A model generated the notes under the pieces. That model made no database searches and was not told the DNA's origin. It saw only the letters and a list, made by a program, of their open reading frames with translations. Below are positions 26,501 through 41,500 of a stretch of 64,000 nucleotides of DNA, piece after piece. The stretch is taken from contig NW_026262734.1 of the NCBI RefSeq assembly GCF_021869535.1, forward strand, positions 24,118,001-24,182,000. The letters run 5' to 3'. Position 1 is the stretch's first letter; each line of letters opens with the position of its first letter. The DNA is from Mytilus californianus. Taxonomy: Eukaryota. A program made the translations under genes and the position numbers.

Positions 26501-29500
26501 AATGTCCGGTTCAAAATAGTTTACCTGTCACCTGAACAGGTAAATTTCAGCTGTTCGACAACTAATTAGCCTTGATTAAAATGAGAAGGTATTAAAGTAG
26601 GGGTTGTTTTGATAGTACTTAATGATCATGTCACTTTTATGACCGGAAATGTGGCTGTTAAAGGCAAAAGGTTGGGTCAAAAAGATCGCGAATTATGTTA
26701 AAATGACCGTCTCTTAAGACTTAAGCCTTGAAAACTAAAAAGTAGATGTCCGTTTCATGCTTTGCCCAGCCGGACTTTTACCGGACATTATACAAATGTC
26801 CGGAATATATGACCGTTTTGGAAGCCTTGGTAAAATACCTTGTTTTATTTTCAGTTCAAAATTTAGAAAATTAGTTAATGTAGTGCATACATTTATCACA
26901 AAGATATTTTGACAATAGATCTGACTGTTATGTATTAGAAAAAAGAGGAGAATGAAAAACAGACAACACCCTTGGCCAAAAGATTAAAGACTAACAGACA
27001 CACAAAAGTCTATAAAACACTGCAGAATAAATTAGATAATGAACAGCACAAACTCCACCAAAAACCTACTAAATAAACGTGCTCCAGAAGGGTCAAAATT
27101 AATAGGAAAATAAAATGCTTGATATCTTGTTTCAGTCTACAGTGGTTGTTTGAAAATTGTAAGCAGATAGAAAATGTCAATTTGCAAGGCAACAATAATA
27201 TCTCTGGTAATGTAAGTAATACATAACAACTCTGGTATGTATTGTAGTACAAGTAATACTGTAAAAGTAAATATTTTTAGCCGGCTATCATTATTCGCAA
27301 TTTCAATTCATTAACCTTTCGACTTTGGGTTAAATCCAAGAAATGGCATCCTTAGCATAAAAATTGTTGATTTGTACAAGAAATTTGCCAGGGGGTGTAT
27401 TTTCCTGCATTTTACATGATAGCAAAATGAGCGAAATGAATCCCTGCACATAAATTATTACGTTTTCTGTTCTTATAGTGTTTTGCTTTGGAAACAACAG
27501 CCTACTAAAATTCTATATACCCCGGTATACATAAATATTTAGGGCAGAATTGCAAGTCCGAAGTAAATTTTTATCTTAAATCACTTTTGAGATTTCAATG
27601 GTATGCCATAAAGGACAAGGATGCTGTACTTATTATCAACAATAACTATTTCTGTCAGTTTAACTCTACAAACAGAATGCAATGCCAATGAATCAAAGAA
27701 TGATAATGAAACAAAACAGGTAACTACAACAAATAATAAAATGTCGATAAAGTGAATGGAAGTCTACCCTGGGAAGGATAGTTTTCAACTTATCTTACAT
27801 GGGCTAAACAGCTACATACACAGCACGCTTATCTTCCTTTTAAAATTACTGTATTTGTCCTATTAGAATCAAAATATTTCATGCAAGCTATAGGTTTCTT
27901 GTCATTTTCTCATGGCCATGTTTGTGCTCTAATCAGTAAGCTTCAAATATTTGTATACCTCAGGTCAGTTTGTTTATTCACAACATATTCAGACTGTGGG
28001 CCATTTAAAGTCTGTTATTCAATGTTAGTGTTCCTATCTTTGCAGACCAGATGACCTCTGTAGGACATTTTTTGCTGAACTTGTGTTGTTGGTTTACTGT
28101 CTCATTGCTAGTTTCCTTACAGTTTCTGTTAATGACATGACTTTCCTAATTTTGATTACAGTGTTTTCAGAAGATTGGTGATGAATGTAAAGTGTTAAAC
28201 CTAGCAGACTGCAGCAAGGTAATCATGCATGACACTTAAGGTATTCAACTTTGTTATCAGAATTTTCCATAAATAATAATTAATCTGACAGAATTTTAGG
28301 GTTTGGCTCCAAACATTTCAATATTCACAAAATAATTGAATTACTATTTCACTTTAAAAATTTCAGGAATATTTCACAGTATTTCATTCAACCTTTAACA
28401 TTGTCCTTAGTTCTTCTGGAAATTAAAAAAAGTCAACTTTGCTACCTATCCTTGTAGTTCTAAAGAATACTTTGTGTGATTCTTTTTTTTGCTCCTGACA
28501 TCAGATGTTATTGCATTAGAATTCATGATATTGATTTCATGTTTATGTAAAATACATTTAAAATTGGGAAGTCATTCAGTGATTTCATAAGAAAATACAT
28601 AACCCCAAATCAGCATTTCTTTTTCCACAATTTTTTTATTAAGTTTCTTTCTATGGTCTTCTTTTCCGCAATAATAATGATTATGCTCAATAGTCATGAT
28701 AGTAATTTATAACAATTGCTGTACTTTTCAACAATTTTTGACCTCATCTGCACATGTAAGCCAGGTAAATGTTGTATTGTACATATATTGAAAAAAATAA
28801 AGTACATTTCTACTAAAATATATGCAGGCTAATTATTGGTTAAGAAATCATTTGTATATAATACACAACAAAGTTTATAAAATTCTTGGAAACATCTAAA
28901 CACCAAAATATTGAATTTTCAACAAATTTCAGTAGACTTTTTCAAGCACACATACCTAGAATCCAATGAAATGAATTTAGATAAAATGCAAATGTAACGG
29001 TGATCTGCAGTAGTTAAAAATCCTTCCCCTTTGGTCTGGTGGATAGTTCTATCATTGGTGATCACACCACATCTGCTTATTTAATATTTACTAAATTTTT
29101 TGAAGGATCAGATAACCACTATATATGTACATTCATGATATGTATAATTATAAATTATGTACATGTATATCTTTCCTCAATGAAAACGATTAGTAATTGA
29201 CCAGGTGAACTGCAGGAAAAAAGTATGTACTTCTTTTTAGATACGTAATAAACTTTTTTGCGGAAAGATGAAACTGCAAGTTTACAAAATACGGACTCCA
29301 GCCATTAATTCAACGAAGGGATATAAGGGAACATAATATAAAAATAAGAAGCTGTGGTAAAATTGCCAATGAGACAACTTTCCACAAGAAACCAAATGAC
29401 ACAGAAATTAACAACTATAGGTCACCGTACAGCCTTCAACAATGAGCAAAACCCATTTGCGTATCAAATCTTAGGATCAATTGAATATATCAACTTGTTC

Positions 29501-32500
29501 TGTGTAGTCTTACAAAATTAAAAGTCAAAAGAAGAACTTTGATCCATTGTGATAATGTTATTTTGTTTTAGTTGACAGACACTGGAGTTATGAAAATATG
29601 TCGCCATTGTAAACAGCTGAGAGAATTGTCAATCAGTAATTGTCAATTACTCACCAATAAAAGTTTGGAGAAAATTTCTGAGGTAAGATCTGTAATATAT
29701 AGAACTAGTTTAGAAAGAAGTATATATTAGTAAGTGTAAGAACAGATAAAAAGAAGATTTTGCCCCAAAAAAATCTTGTTAATATTACAAACATGAAATT
29801 AAGTAGGATTTGTCAATCAGATTTACATTTACAACTTTTCAATTTGATGAGAAGATAGCTTTTATTTATCAGTTTTATGTAAATACATACCGGTAAAAGA
29901 TTAAACATAATTGTCATATTTGGAATCTTGTCCTGAATATGCATGAAATATTTGCCACTGGACATAAAGCAACCAAAAATCAATTTATAAGGAATCAGCT
30001 TGAAGTTAATTTCTCTGAATGTATTTTTTCTCTTCTGAGTTTAGACTGGCACTAAAACATGTGTAGGGACTGAATTTGTCTTTGTAGCACTCAACCCTCC
30101 CCCTTTTAATCTTGAACAAAAAAATAAAAAAAGTCTTTTCATCTTGAAAAGTCAGTATAGTAGAAAAAAGACCATATAAATATGTAAATGTTCAATAATT
30201 TCATTTCAATGAAATTGTTTTTTAGCTAAATGAAAAGAATTCCTGTCAAAATGCTCTTAGTATAATCACAATTATTTTTATTACAGAGTTTGACAAATAT
30301 AGCCACCATCTACATAGAAAAGACATTTGCCAATGGTATGTATATATATAAATGAAGTGATTGAAAAATCTTGCAACAATATGATTCCCCCAGCATTTGT
30401 TGTTTTCACTATTAACGTATGGTTTTTCAAAATGAAGAAAGTATTTCTGACCAATTTTGTCACTTAGATTTGTAAAATAAAAGAAACCATACAAAAATGA
30501 TTAGCAAGACAAGATCAACAAAAAAGAGATCTTAGACATGACTTAATGCCTTTGATGTTATAAATGCACACATAAATGACACAGGCTCTGTAGAGACTCT
30601 AGTTCATATCAATATCTGTTGTTTTTAATGTACAAATAAATCATAACTTAAATACAAATTGAATTGCATATATGTTTATTCAATATGTTTGAAATTGTTA
30701 GATTTTGAAACCAGTGAAAGTAGACCAATCTCCAACGTACATATCTTTTTCCATCCCATGAGTTTTTATGTAGACTTTATCATTTGCTGCTAATTGTAAT
30801 ACAACACTTTGTGTTGTAGCAATCTTCTCTGTAGTCACTCCTCTAGCTCCCGTATGATTGTTTGCAATTGTTTTACCATTGTGCTGGATGACAGTAAAGA
30901 AGTAACTGTTTGCTAGAGTAAGTGTTGTCCACGAAAAGAAGTAAAGACCTTCATAAGGGGCGACAAAGTGTCCTTTAGAAGGATTATATCCACTGCCAGT
31001 ATTAGTGACAACTATATCATAGACCACTATTCCCTTTAAATTTTGTATGTTCTTGGAATTTTTAGCTAGAAATCCAACCATTTCATGACTGCCTAAAAAA
31101 TGAAAAAGATTCAATGTTAAACAATCTATAAAATTCATTGCTTAATCATACTGGTATGTAAGTTCCCATGTCCATAACGGGGTACGCTCGACAATCTGAT
31201 GCCCCTTTAGTCCGACAGTTCAATAGTCTTGATGTTCGATAGTCTGACAGTTCAATAGTCCGACAGTTCTATAGACCGACAGTTCGATAATCTGACAGGG
31301 TGCCACATTATTATACAAGTCGAGGGCATAAATATTCCTGTATTCATCCATCCGTCACACTTAGGGTGTTAATTCTGTTCTTTAAACCCATCTAAATTTC
31401 TCTCGGCTATTTATCTTCTCATTCGCCACTATGATCTACTAAGCATAAAATATACCAACAATAAGCAGGTGTCAATGTGCTCAACCAAACATAAAGTATA
31501 CATTTTTACTTGAACTTCTGCAATCTTTAAAACTATTTGTACCTTCAAAGAAAAGGACTGGGCCAATTTTCCCCGTATTTTGTTCATAAACATACTAATG
31601 GAGTTCGATAATTGAGATAGACATTCGAAAGTTGATCAAACATGTAATGTATTGTTTTTTTAATTATTAAACAGTGTTTTTTAAATAAAAATAGAACCAA
31701 ATGCTGATACTTTAAATTACCATAAACTGCATACAATCACAAAAAAACTGTCAACAATACATTTATAAATATTGATCACACCAACTCGGAACCTATACTG
31801 AAAACCTCTCATCTTTTTGTTATGGCTACGTTGTCTTAACGAACTCAGCTGAGCGTAATAAACCTAAAATTACGAATAATTTTCTGCATTAAATCTTCAT
31901 AAAGGTTTCATTGTTTCCCTATGACTTTCCCACCTAACTAAGCAAAATACATACACTATTTGTGATGTATTCTCCTTTTATTCAGAACTTCAAAATCCAA
32001 ACAATACTTCTTCATGGTTGTAAAAATTCTTCATGTTGAAGAATTGGTCATTTAAGGGAATTTTAAATTTGTCATTTGAATTTACTTGTAGTCAGAATAC
32101 CAGGGGAAATGGTCTTTATGTATTTTCACAAAAACAAAAGTTCTTAAATTCTTTCAGTTTTTTTTTTTTTTTTAAATATATAATATTAGACATTCGTCAG
32201 TTTTGAAACCTCATAGCTGACAAAATTGCTGACGTCAGTATAGTGATTTGACAATATAAACAGACGGACAGAGATTAAACAAAATGCATGAATTTCACAC
32301 TTTTCACGTGTGTAATGAAACCAGGAATCTGACGGTTAGGTTTGTCATTTATTGTAATATATAGGTATTGTTGCTTCATTTATTTTCATGGACACCAAGG
32401 GGCCTCGGTGGCCGAGTGGTCTAAGTAGTTACTACTGTAATCACTAGCCAGTCAACACTGAGGTTGTGAGTTCGAACCCCGCTCGTGCGGGTGCACTCGA

Positions 32501-35500
32501 CTCCAATCTTAATTGATTAGGATTGTCTGTTTTCCTATAGAAGGTCGGTGGTTTTCTCCGAGCACTCCGGCTTCCTTCACCAATAAAAACTGGCCGCCAC
32601 GAAATAGCCCAATAGCGGTTCTAAAAAGTGGCGTTAAAACACCAAAAATCAAAAATCAAATCATGGACACCAATTTTTATAGATGAATGACATTAACCAT
32701 AAAATTTCATTTTTAATGCACCCACCTAACATACGGCTAAATCATATACCATTCGAAAGCATATCATCTGTACTATCTTTTTTGCCCGGTCGTCAAATAT
32801 TTGTATGGTGCAGCTTCCGTCAAATCACGATGAAAGGTCAAAGACAGGCAATTTCTAATTTTACATGAATCAGCGTTTTTGCATATTCTGTCTTCTGAAT
32901 TATAATATTTTGTATGGAATTGTGAAAATCTGTTAGAACAGATGTTAATAGCCTCTTATAAAAAGCATTTTGAAATATTAATGTCGGATTTTTAATAAAT
33001 AGCGCCGTTTCCAGAATTTCCAGTGAAAATGATAAGAATGCGTGAAAACCAAAATTTGTGTCTGTGATTCAATTGTTGTTCACCATAAAACCAAATAACA
33101 TATTTTATTTAGTGTGTTTAGAATGTTTTGGACATCATCAAATTACTGCAATTACGCTTCTTGTTAATTAAACGGCCAATTATAACAACCAATGCAGTTG
33201 CCCAAAATACCACCATCTGCAAAAAGCTGTTCTATGTTAAACCTTTTTAGCTGTTCTATGTTAAACAAATTGTATGTAGTCAATATTAGGTTGAAAAACA
33301 CAAATCTTAAAAGTGCAAAAAGGTTTAAGGATATAATACAAAAGAAATTCATGCTTTTAGGGGAAAGTTTAGGAGCGAAACTTTGATATTTCAATATTTA
33401 TATGTTTTCTTGGTTGTGTATACTGCGTCTTGCATTGACTAAAAAAGTGAAAGCTATTATAAGCTAGCCATTAAAAATGTTCTTCATACCTGGCCGAAGT
33501 ATTTAATCCTATCAAACTACGTAATTTCTTGTATATCAATTGAGACATGTTGCAATTATATTCACTTACATTACACTTCCTGAATAGTTAACATATTAGT
33601 TCATTGTAATATAAAGATGATTGATTGATTGTTGGTGTTTAACGCAATTTTCAGCACATTTGGCTACTAAAGTATTTTGCGGCGATCAGTTTCATTGATG
33701 GGGCCCACGGAGTGCCCAAGGAACCACCAACCTTTGGCAGGAAAACTGGCAATCCCCGTCATAATAAATACATTTAATTTAGTTATCTTTATTCGTATCA
33801 AGGACGAAATTACTGTGTAGGTGTCACAACAAAAAATCTACCAATCAGCATCAATAGTCTTTTGTAAAAGTAGGCAACCTCTTACAAAACCAAGCAGTTT
33901 TGATATTACCGGTAATGTTTACTTCAGCTACATGTTACTACTAAATTTGCTTAATAGAAACTGATATATAAATGCATTTGAACCATTTTCATTACAAATT
34001 TAATTGGCCATGGTTTTGCATTAAAATTTCAATGTAGATGTGCCACATAATATTTTCTTTTAAGGCATTCAGAAAAAACAGAATGCTATTTTAGTAGATC
34101 ATCTGTCAAGCATTGATTGAACATTGGCATATTAAAGATAGTACATGTACATTAAGAATATAAATGGTGAAAATGAAGTTATTTTATTCTAAAATATTTA
34201 TAAAATTGTGAGAAATGAAAATTGTGGTTGAATTTATCCAGTTTTTAACTGGTTTTATGTCATCTAAACTCAAATTTCTTTTGTGCATATTTATTTTCCA
34301 CTAAGCCCTCTGTTGTTGATCTGACATCAACTTTTGGTGATGTTCTCACTTTATTTTTATATTTTTTTCGTTTGGGTTTCTAATGGTGCTTAGATTTCAC
34401 AACAATAATAAGTGATATGAGTTGACATGGATAAAAAAAAAACGTACAAAATGGTATGTACAAGTGTAAAAAACATGGTTAAAACAATCTGACTTAAATT
34501 CAGATCAATCACGACTCGCCTACTAATGTATCATATGAGGATAACAAAATAAGAGATCTACATTTTAATTAGATGGGGGTTAATTTTATGAGATAGCTTA
34601 AAAGCAGGTATGTTATGGTAAATTTGAAGTGCTCTATTTAATTTTTTTTTTTTTTAACTCTATTTGAATATTTGTATTATGAAAAAAAATCCCTTTATGT
34701 ACAGTTGTTTTACTGTTTTCTTATATCTTGCACCAATATCTGAGTTTTAAGTTCTGTTGTCTTTTATTCGCTCAGCTTTGAACTATCTGATTGTCTTTTC
34801 TTTGGTTGAAAGATGGAAGAAAATAACAAGGAGGCAGTCTCAAACCACAGTCGAAGAAAAACAGATGACAGCATGACCAAGGCGAAAAAGTAGACAAACA
34901 CAGACATACACCACTCCTTAAAACACTTCATCGAAATGTACGAACACTTCCTAAACCCGGTGGTGATCGCAGTCGCTTAGTAATGGTATTCAATCTTCCA
35001 CAATATTAATTTTCATTCATATTTGATAAAACAACTAATAATGTTTTTAATAATGGGCTAACATTAAAAGGAATTTACCGGATTTGTTATTGAAAAGCGC
35101 ATAGTACAAACAGTTTTCATTCAAATATTGAACGAGAATAAACTTCGTCACATGTCTTTGGACATCAGAAAACTAATTTTTACTAAATATACCTTTTTTG
35201 TTCCTTAAAGTTTTTCCATTACCCTTTTTTCAAATATGGTTAATCATTTTCTGCCGATATTGACAATATTATCTAGCCAAAAAAAAGCAAAATGATTCCT
35301 ATTTACAGAATGTGTTTGTTTAGGGAAACAGCAAAAGTTTCATTAGAAGGCTGCATCCTGACCTATATCATATTAATTGCAGTTTAAAATGATGAAAAAA
35401 TTCCCTTCGCCTATAAACGATAAATCTATTCTATTTTTGACATATTAATATGCAAACCTCAGGAAATATTCAGCTTTTATTGCAATTTTATCATTTTTGG

Positions 35501-38500
35501 AAGTTTTTTTCAAGAAATGCAATTTTCTGTAAATTTTGCGCAATCAACATTTTAGTTTGCATTTGATTTTGAATTATGGTATTTTGTTTTATGAGGTTCA
35601 GATAATTTTTAGAAAAAAAATATCGTACTAGTACCAGAAAAGGGCATTTTGTTTAATTCTAGCAAAATTTAGGAATGCTCAGTTTTGACCTTTGACCTTG
35701 ATTTAGCTAAAATTGCACTGTACGAATTATTGAAACAGAAAGTACAGTTAATAAGCTTTCGAATGATATATTATATAGCCATATGTTAGATGGGTGCATT
35801 AAAGTCGTTAACTAAGTGTCTTTTTGAAACCTGTCACTCGCTTATTATGGAGCGAGGAAAAAATTTCATTTTTATATGCCCGTTTACGGGACTTATTATA
35901 GTATACCATTGACCGTCCGTCCGTCCGTCGTCAACATGTCGGACATTAACTCAAAAAAGCTTTAACCAATATGCATGAAACTTTGGTGAATTGTTTATAT
36001 CTATTGACATGAGCTCCCTTTCGTTTTTTATAAATTTCAGATTTACCGTTTCCGAGTTTTGGGGTTTTATTCATAAAAAAAGGGGGGATTTTCCAGTTTT
36101 TTGACAATAACTCAAGAATGCTTTCACCAACTTGCAAGAAATTTTGATGAATTGTTTATATCTATTGACATGAGCTCCCTTTTGGATTTTTATAAATTTT
36201 AGATTTTACGTTTCCAAGTAACAGGTTTTTATTCATAAAAAAAGGGGGATTTTCCAGTTTTCGGACAATAACTAAAAAATGCTTTCAGCAGTTCTCATGA
36301 AACCTTGGTGAATTGTTTATATCTGTTGATGTAAATTCCCTTTAGAATTTTATAAATTTTAGATTTTACATTTCTGAGTTATGGGGTTTTATTCATTAAA
36401 AAAGGGGGGATTTCCAGTTTTTGGACAATAACTCAAAAATGCTTTCAGCAGTTCTCATGAAACTTTGGTGAATTATTTATAGCTATTGATGTAATCTCCC
36501 TATGATTTTCATAAATTTCAAATTTGACATTGAGAAGAAATTGAACTTTATTTGTTCATAGTCTGACAACAGATTTACTAAGTAGTGCACAACAGCACAG
36601 TGTATTGGACAACAGCAAGAAATCTTTAATTGAATATAAATTCAATTCATATAACCAATTTCAAGTTCTTTGACAACATTTATTCAGAAACCTATAGTAT
36701 GTCAAATATTTAATTACAATCCAAATTCAGACCTGTATCAAGCTTGAATATTGTGTCCATTTTTGCCCCAACTGTTCAGGGTTGGATCTCTGCGGGCGTA
36801 TCCAGCTGCACTCAGCAAAGCACTTAATTGTGGATACTTGGATTTTGTGTTTTGAACCAATTCTCAGACATCTTACAAACTAAAGGAAATTGTATTTATT
36901 TTTATAACTTGGATTCATGGTAACCACCTTTAACCACAAAAATTAATAGCCATAAATAATAATGAATGCTTATGCAGTATCCAGAACCATATTCAAAATG
37001 AAAATCAAATATTTGTAATGATTGAAGAAATAATTGGAGCCATTAGTTATTAAGTTTATTTTTGACAAAATTTCAATGATCTGAAGTAAGTAAATCAAAA
37101 GACTCCTTTTGATATTTTCCAAAGAAATTTTTAAAGTTTGATTTTCTAAATAATCATGTTGTCAATTATAGTCTGGATGCCTTGAGTTGTTTGTGTTGGC
37201 ATTAAGTATCATTTTGGTATTTTGCTATAACATAGATTTTCACTCAATAGTTTTAACCATTTTTATAAATTTTAATTTGAGGCAAATGTTACTCGTGACA
37301 GCAGACAAATTAAAGCCCAAATAAGTTGCTTTTTAAAATAGTAGCACTTGTATTTAGATATAATAACATTACATGTATGTTTCATTATAATACATTATTT
37401 TGATTGGCTAACAGCAATCTCGCGTCATTCTGAAATTAACCTTCATTTCAAAATGAAATGTAACATTCATGATGACACGAGCTTCCACAATAAAGTGCAC
37501 AGGTAAATAAAAGAAAAACTTGATAGAAATCGTGTTTTCGTGATCTTGGCAAAAAAATGTAATTATAAGTATTGAATACTTCTTTTAGTAATTTCATAGG
37601 GTTTTAAAAGTGTTGACCATGTGAACATTTTTAGAATGAAGCGCATCCGCGCTTCATACAAAATGTACTTCGGTCAACTCTTTTACACCCCAATAAATTT
37701 ATAAAAACAAGCATTCAATTCTTAAATAAAACTACTTACTCTTATCTTTCGATCCACATTCACATCTTCCGTCGGAACTCTCAACCAACTTTAGTTGATA
37801 TTGAATACTTTTCCAAAGATTGGTATTTTTAGAACATTGCTTGTGAGCAGTGACTATTGTGAGTAAGGCTATCCAAGTGATTATTTTGAACTGACTGAAA
37901 ACAAAAAATATATATTGTTTTTTCTTTCTAAAGATGACATGTCAGCTTGATCTATCATGATCTATATGAAATATTGTACAATGATTTTTGAAATGTTATC
38001 TAATTTAGAGGTAATTTTATGTAGACAGGGACCTGAAAAAAATTACCCTTACTCAAAAAGTATAGCATTTTCCTGTTAAATGTATAATTTATTTTTTAAA
38101 GTGTCTGAGTGCTTTAAACAGTCAGTTAATTACTAAAAACCTGTAACATGTAGTGAAAGATTATCCTAAAAGTATAGTTGTTTTAGGGCAGTGTATAATA
38201 ATTGATTTAGTTGTTCCCTCTAAACAAAGTTTACTACCCACCAAATACAATTTTTTCTTTTCTAAAGTTCAAATGTTTTAAACTTAAAAACAACAAATTA
38301 AAATCCTCAAAAACCTGCAATGTTTTGGCAAACCACATATTAAATTGATTTCAACAATAAAATTACTTCAACAGTATATGTATATAAAGTACATAATTAT
38401 TTATGGTAAATGTAGGGCAAACATGTAGGAAATTGTGACAGCAATAGTTTTACTATCTGATTAGAAATGATTAGAAAAAGAAATTCACGTCATACCAGAA

Positions 38501-41500
38501 ATGAAAAAAATCTACATTGCTGACTATTTCCTATAAGTATTTTCAACAATTTATAATGATAAATGTTCTTACCTCATGGATACTTTTAGGTTATGTTAAT
38601 GGTTGAATACAGGTTTTGAAACTGTTTTGTCAATTCTGACCTTTTCATATAATTTTTATATGTTGCCATGTAATATGAAACCTCTGTTGATACATGCCAA
38701 ATTTGCATTAGTGATATTCAATACTTTTATGGAGTTCCCTTGTCCAATTCTTGGAAATTGTCATATTTTTCAGATTTTGGAAAAACCTGTTTTATTATTA
38801 CTGGATTATGAGCTCTTACTCATGAGAAATGCTAATAAGTGAAATAATGGGGGTAAACTATAAGTTATATGGTTCGCTACTGACCCCCTACGGATCCATA
38901 GAGGGTTAGTAAAATGCATAGGGGTGAGGCCGAAGGCGGAATCCCCTGTGGATTTTATTCACCCTCTATGGTCTGTAGGGGGTCAGTAGTGAACCGTATA
39001 ACGAATTTATCGCACGCGAGACTTTTTCTGCAGCGTTTTGTAGAAAAATAAACAATGAAATACAACAACATCAATAGATGATGTCACCATTAACAGTAGA
39101 CGTGATGTCATGAACCCACTATGAAATTTACTAACCCCCTACGGATCCATAGGGGTCACCACGTGACGGCGTTAAACCAATCACAACGTAATAATTTACC
39201 TGTGGTGCGATAAATGTTCATAAGAGCTGAACTGCCTCCCTATCATAATTAAATATATGACATAGTGGTACTACAACAAATCAATGTATCAAACTGCTTC
39301 AAATTTCAAATAGAATGGACTCAACTTGTCAGAGATAAACATAAGACAATAAATCCAAGAAATAACAAGAGACAAAAAGTAATTACCTACAATGTAAGTG
39401 TGCTCACAGATACTAAAAGCTAATTCAGACTGATAAATAGTGTTTGCCTGTACAAGGATATTGTTGAGTTTAGCTTCAAATGGATCAATTGTAACAAAAC
39501 AAGGTAAGGCGTGACCTTGTGTTATACCAAAATCTTACTATAGCGTTACATCCAGGTGGCGACTACATTAACATGTTGTGTAAATGCTAAATACTTTAGA
39601 AGGTTTAAAACGTAAACCTTATCCTTAAATGCTTCATGGTCTGGACTGACACATGTCAGCTGACCATGACCTCATTTTTATGGTTCAATGACTTTGTAAA
39701 ATTTGCATCCAGTTTTCGTGATTAGGTCAGTTTTTCAGGAACAAGATTAACTGGGCCATGATATTTGGTCTATAGATACTTCTTTGAAGGGTGATGTTTG
39801 TCTGACTTATGTTGCTTATCCTTGAACTCATTTTACCAGGAATAACTTTGAAAAGTCTGGTTAATGTCCTTGATTACATATAAGTTAGTTGCTTAGTAAC
39901 TGTAAGTTATAGCTCACCTATATTTGTTCTAACTTTCCTCTGTACATAGATGTCTGACAAATGTTGCATAACCTTGACCTCATTTGATTCATGTTCAGTT
40001 TTCATGATTAGGTCTGTTCTCTGTAACTATAAGTGATACCTCAACTATATTTGGTCTGTATATTCCAGTGTACATGAGTGTCAGACATATTTAATTAAGA
40101 TTGGAGTTGAACCTACCTGTAATGTGTGGGGTTCAATCTCACAACCTCATGAGTGTTGACAGGCTAGTGATACTGAGATGAATTACGTACTTAAACCACT
40201 TGGTTATCCAGGCCCAAAGATCCAGTTTAGCGACAGCATATCTTTAGAGCCTAATGTTAAAGTGAAATATTTTTAATCTGAAACATTGTAATTTATATAT
40301 TAAAAGTTGATAATAGTTTTGATTGAAAACTTTTAATTCATCTCAATCTAGTTGTTCATATTTAGTTTTCAAAATAAGGTTATTTTGGAGCAGTGTGTTC
40401 ATGTATAAACAAGGCCAACTCACACACAAAATGAAAAAAAGTCCTTCTGACTATATGTTTAGTCGTTCCTTAAAATGGTAGATCATGAATAGTAGAATAT
40501 AGTATGCTAAGAATGTAGTATACTATACGGTTTGGGTTTATCTCATTGTTAAAGGCCATACAGTGACCTAAATAATTGCTTCCACGTCATTGGGCTCTGA
40601 TGGATAGTTGTTCATTGGGCATCGTTCCTCCTTATTTTTTAGAAGTTTTTTCCCACAGAAGACAATCTTTCATGTACGTATAATTCAAGTTGTCATTTCC
40701 ACAGTACATAATGCACATTTGAAGCAGGTAATGGTTCCAGGCATGTGATTTTCTTTGGTTGAATGATAATTAACATTTGTTCTTTCAGTATCAAAGGATG
40801 GACTGATGAAGATTGCCAAACTTTCTAAATTGGTAGGTATAGTCTAGAAATAGAAATTCATTTCTAATTTTACTTTTATTGTAAAACTTCATGGTAGTAT
40901 TTTTGTGTGATGGCTTTGACATGGTTTCAGCAGTTTAGAAGAAATTTGTATTCATTAATGACATTGATAAAGCACCTTATCCCTTATTTTCATAAGACAG
41001 ACTCTTCAATCTAATTCCAACCTTTTTAAAGGCACTTAATATCATTCTTAATTGTATTTATCATTTGTAAGACATTAAATGTACAAGTTTATGTGAAGAA
41101 CTGATTTCTTTTTTTCTGACACCTGTTTATAAAAAACCAGCCATACTGTGCAATAACCACGGTGAAAACCAAATGATACCATTTTGGTAGGCACACCTCA
41201 TGTTTCTGGAATAGCCTTTATCAGGAAAACTAAAGTGTGGAGAGCCAAAAATATTTGAAATATTAATACCAAATTGTCCTAATCAGAACAGCGGTCTAAA
41301 ATTAAAAAAAATGATGCCTGGAAAATTAACAAATTTCCAGTAGTGAATTGTATTTTATTTTATTACAGAGAGATGTACACATGTCACAGAATTTAACAGT
41401 CAATGATGACTTACTATCAGCCATAGCCATCGGATGTCCATTTCTAGAGTAAGTTTGGGAAATACAATAATCATCATGAAGGGCACTTAAAAACATATAA

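Noticed and set aside
27207-27208. Alternative donor for exon 9 (TCTG|gtaatg)
   Set aside because: It breaks the frame with exon 10; the consensus gtaagt at 27212 keeps it.
32399-32490. tRNA gene
   Set aside because: The tRNA-like head continues into a SINE body and tail with a TSD, and no clean cloverleaf is evident.
37795-37822. Candidate missing LRR micro-exon (LILNTFPKI); a similar candidate lies at 31986-32016 (NFKIQTILLH)
   Set aside because: Exon 30287-30335 has stronger splice sites, the right phases (0 to 1) and a better LRR pattern, and it closes the model.
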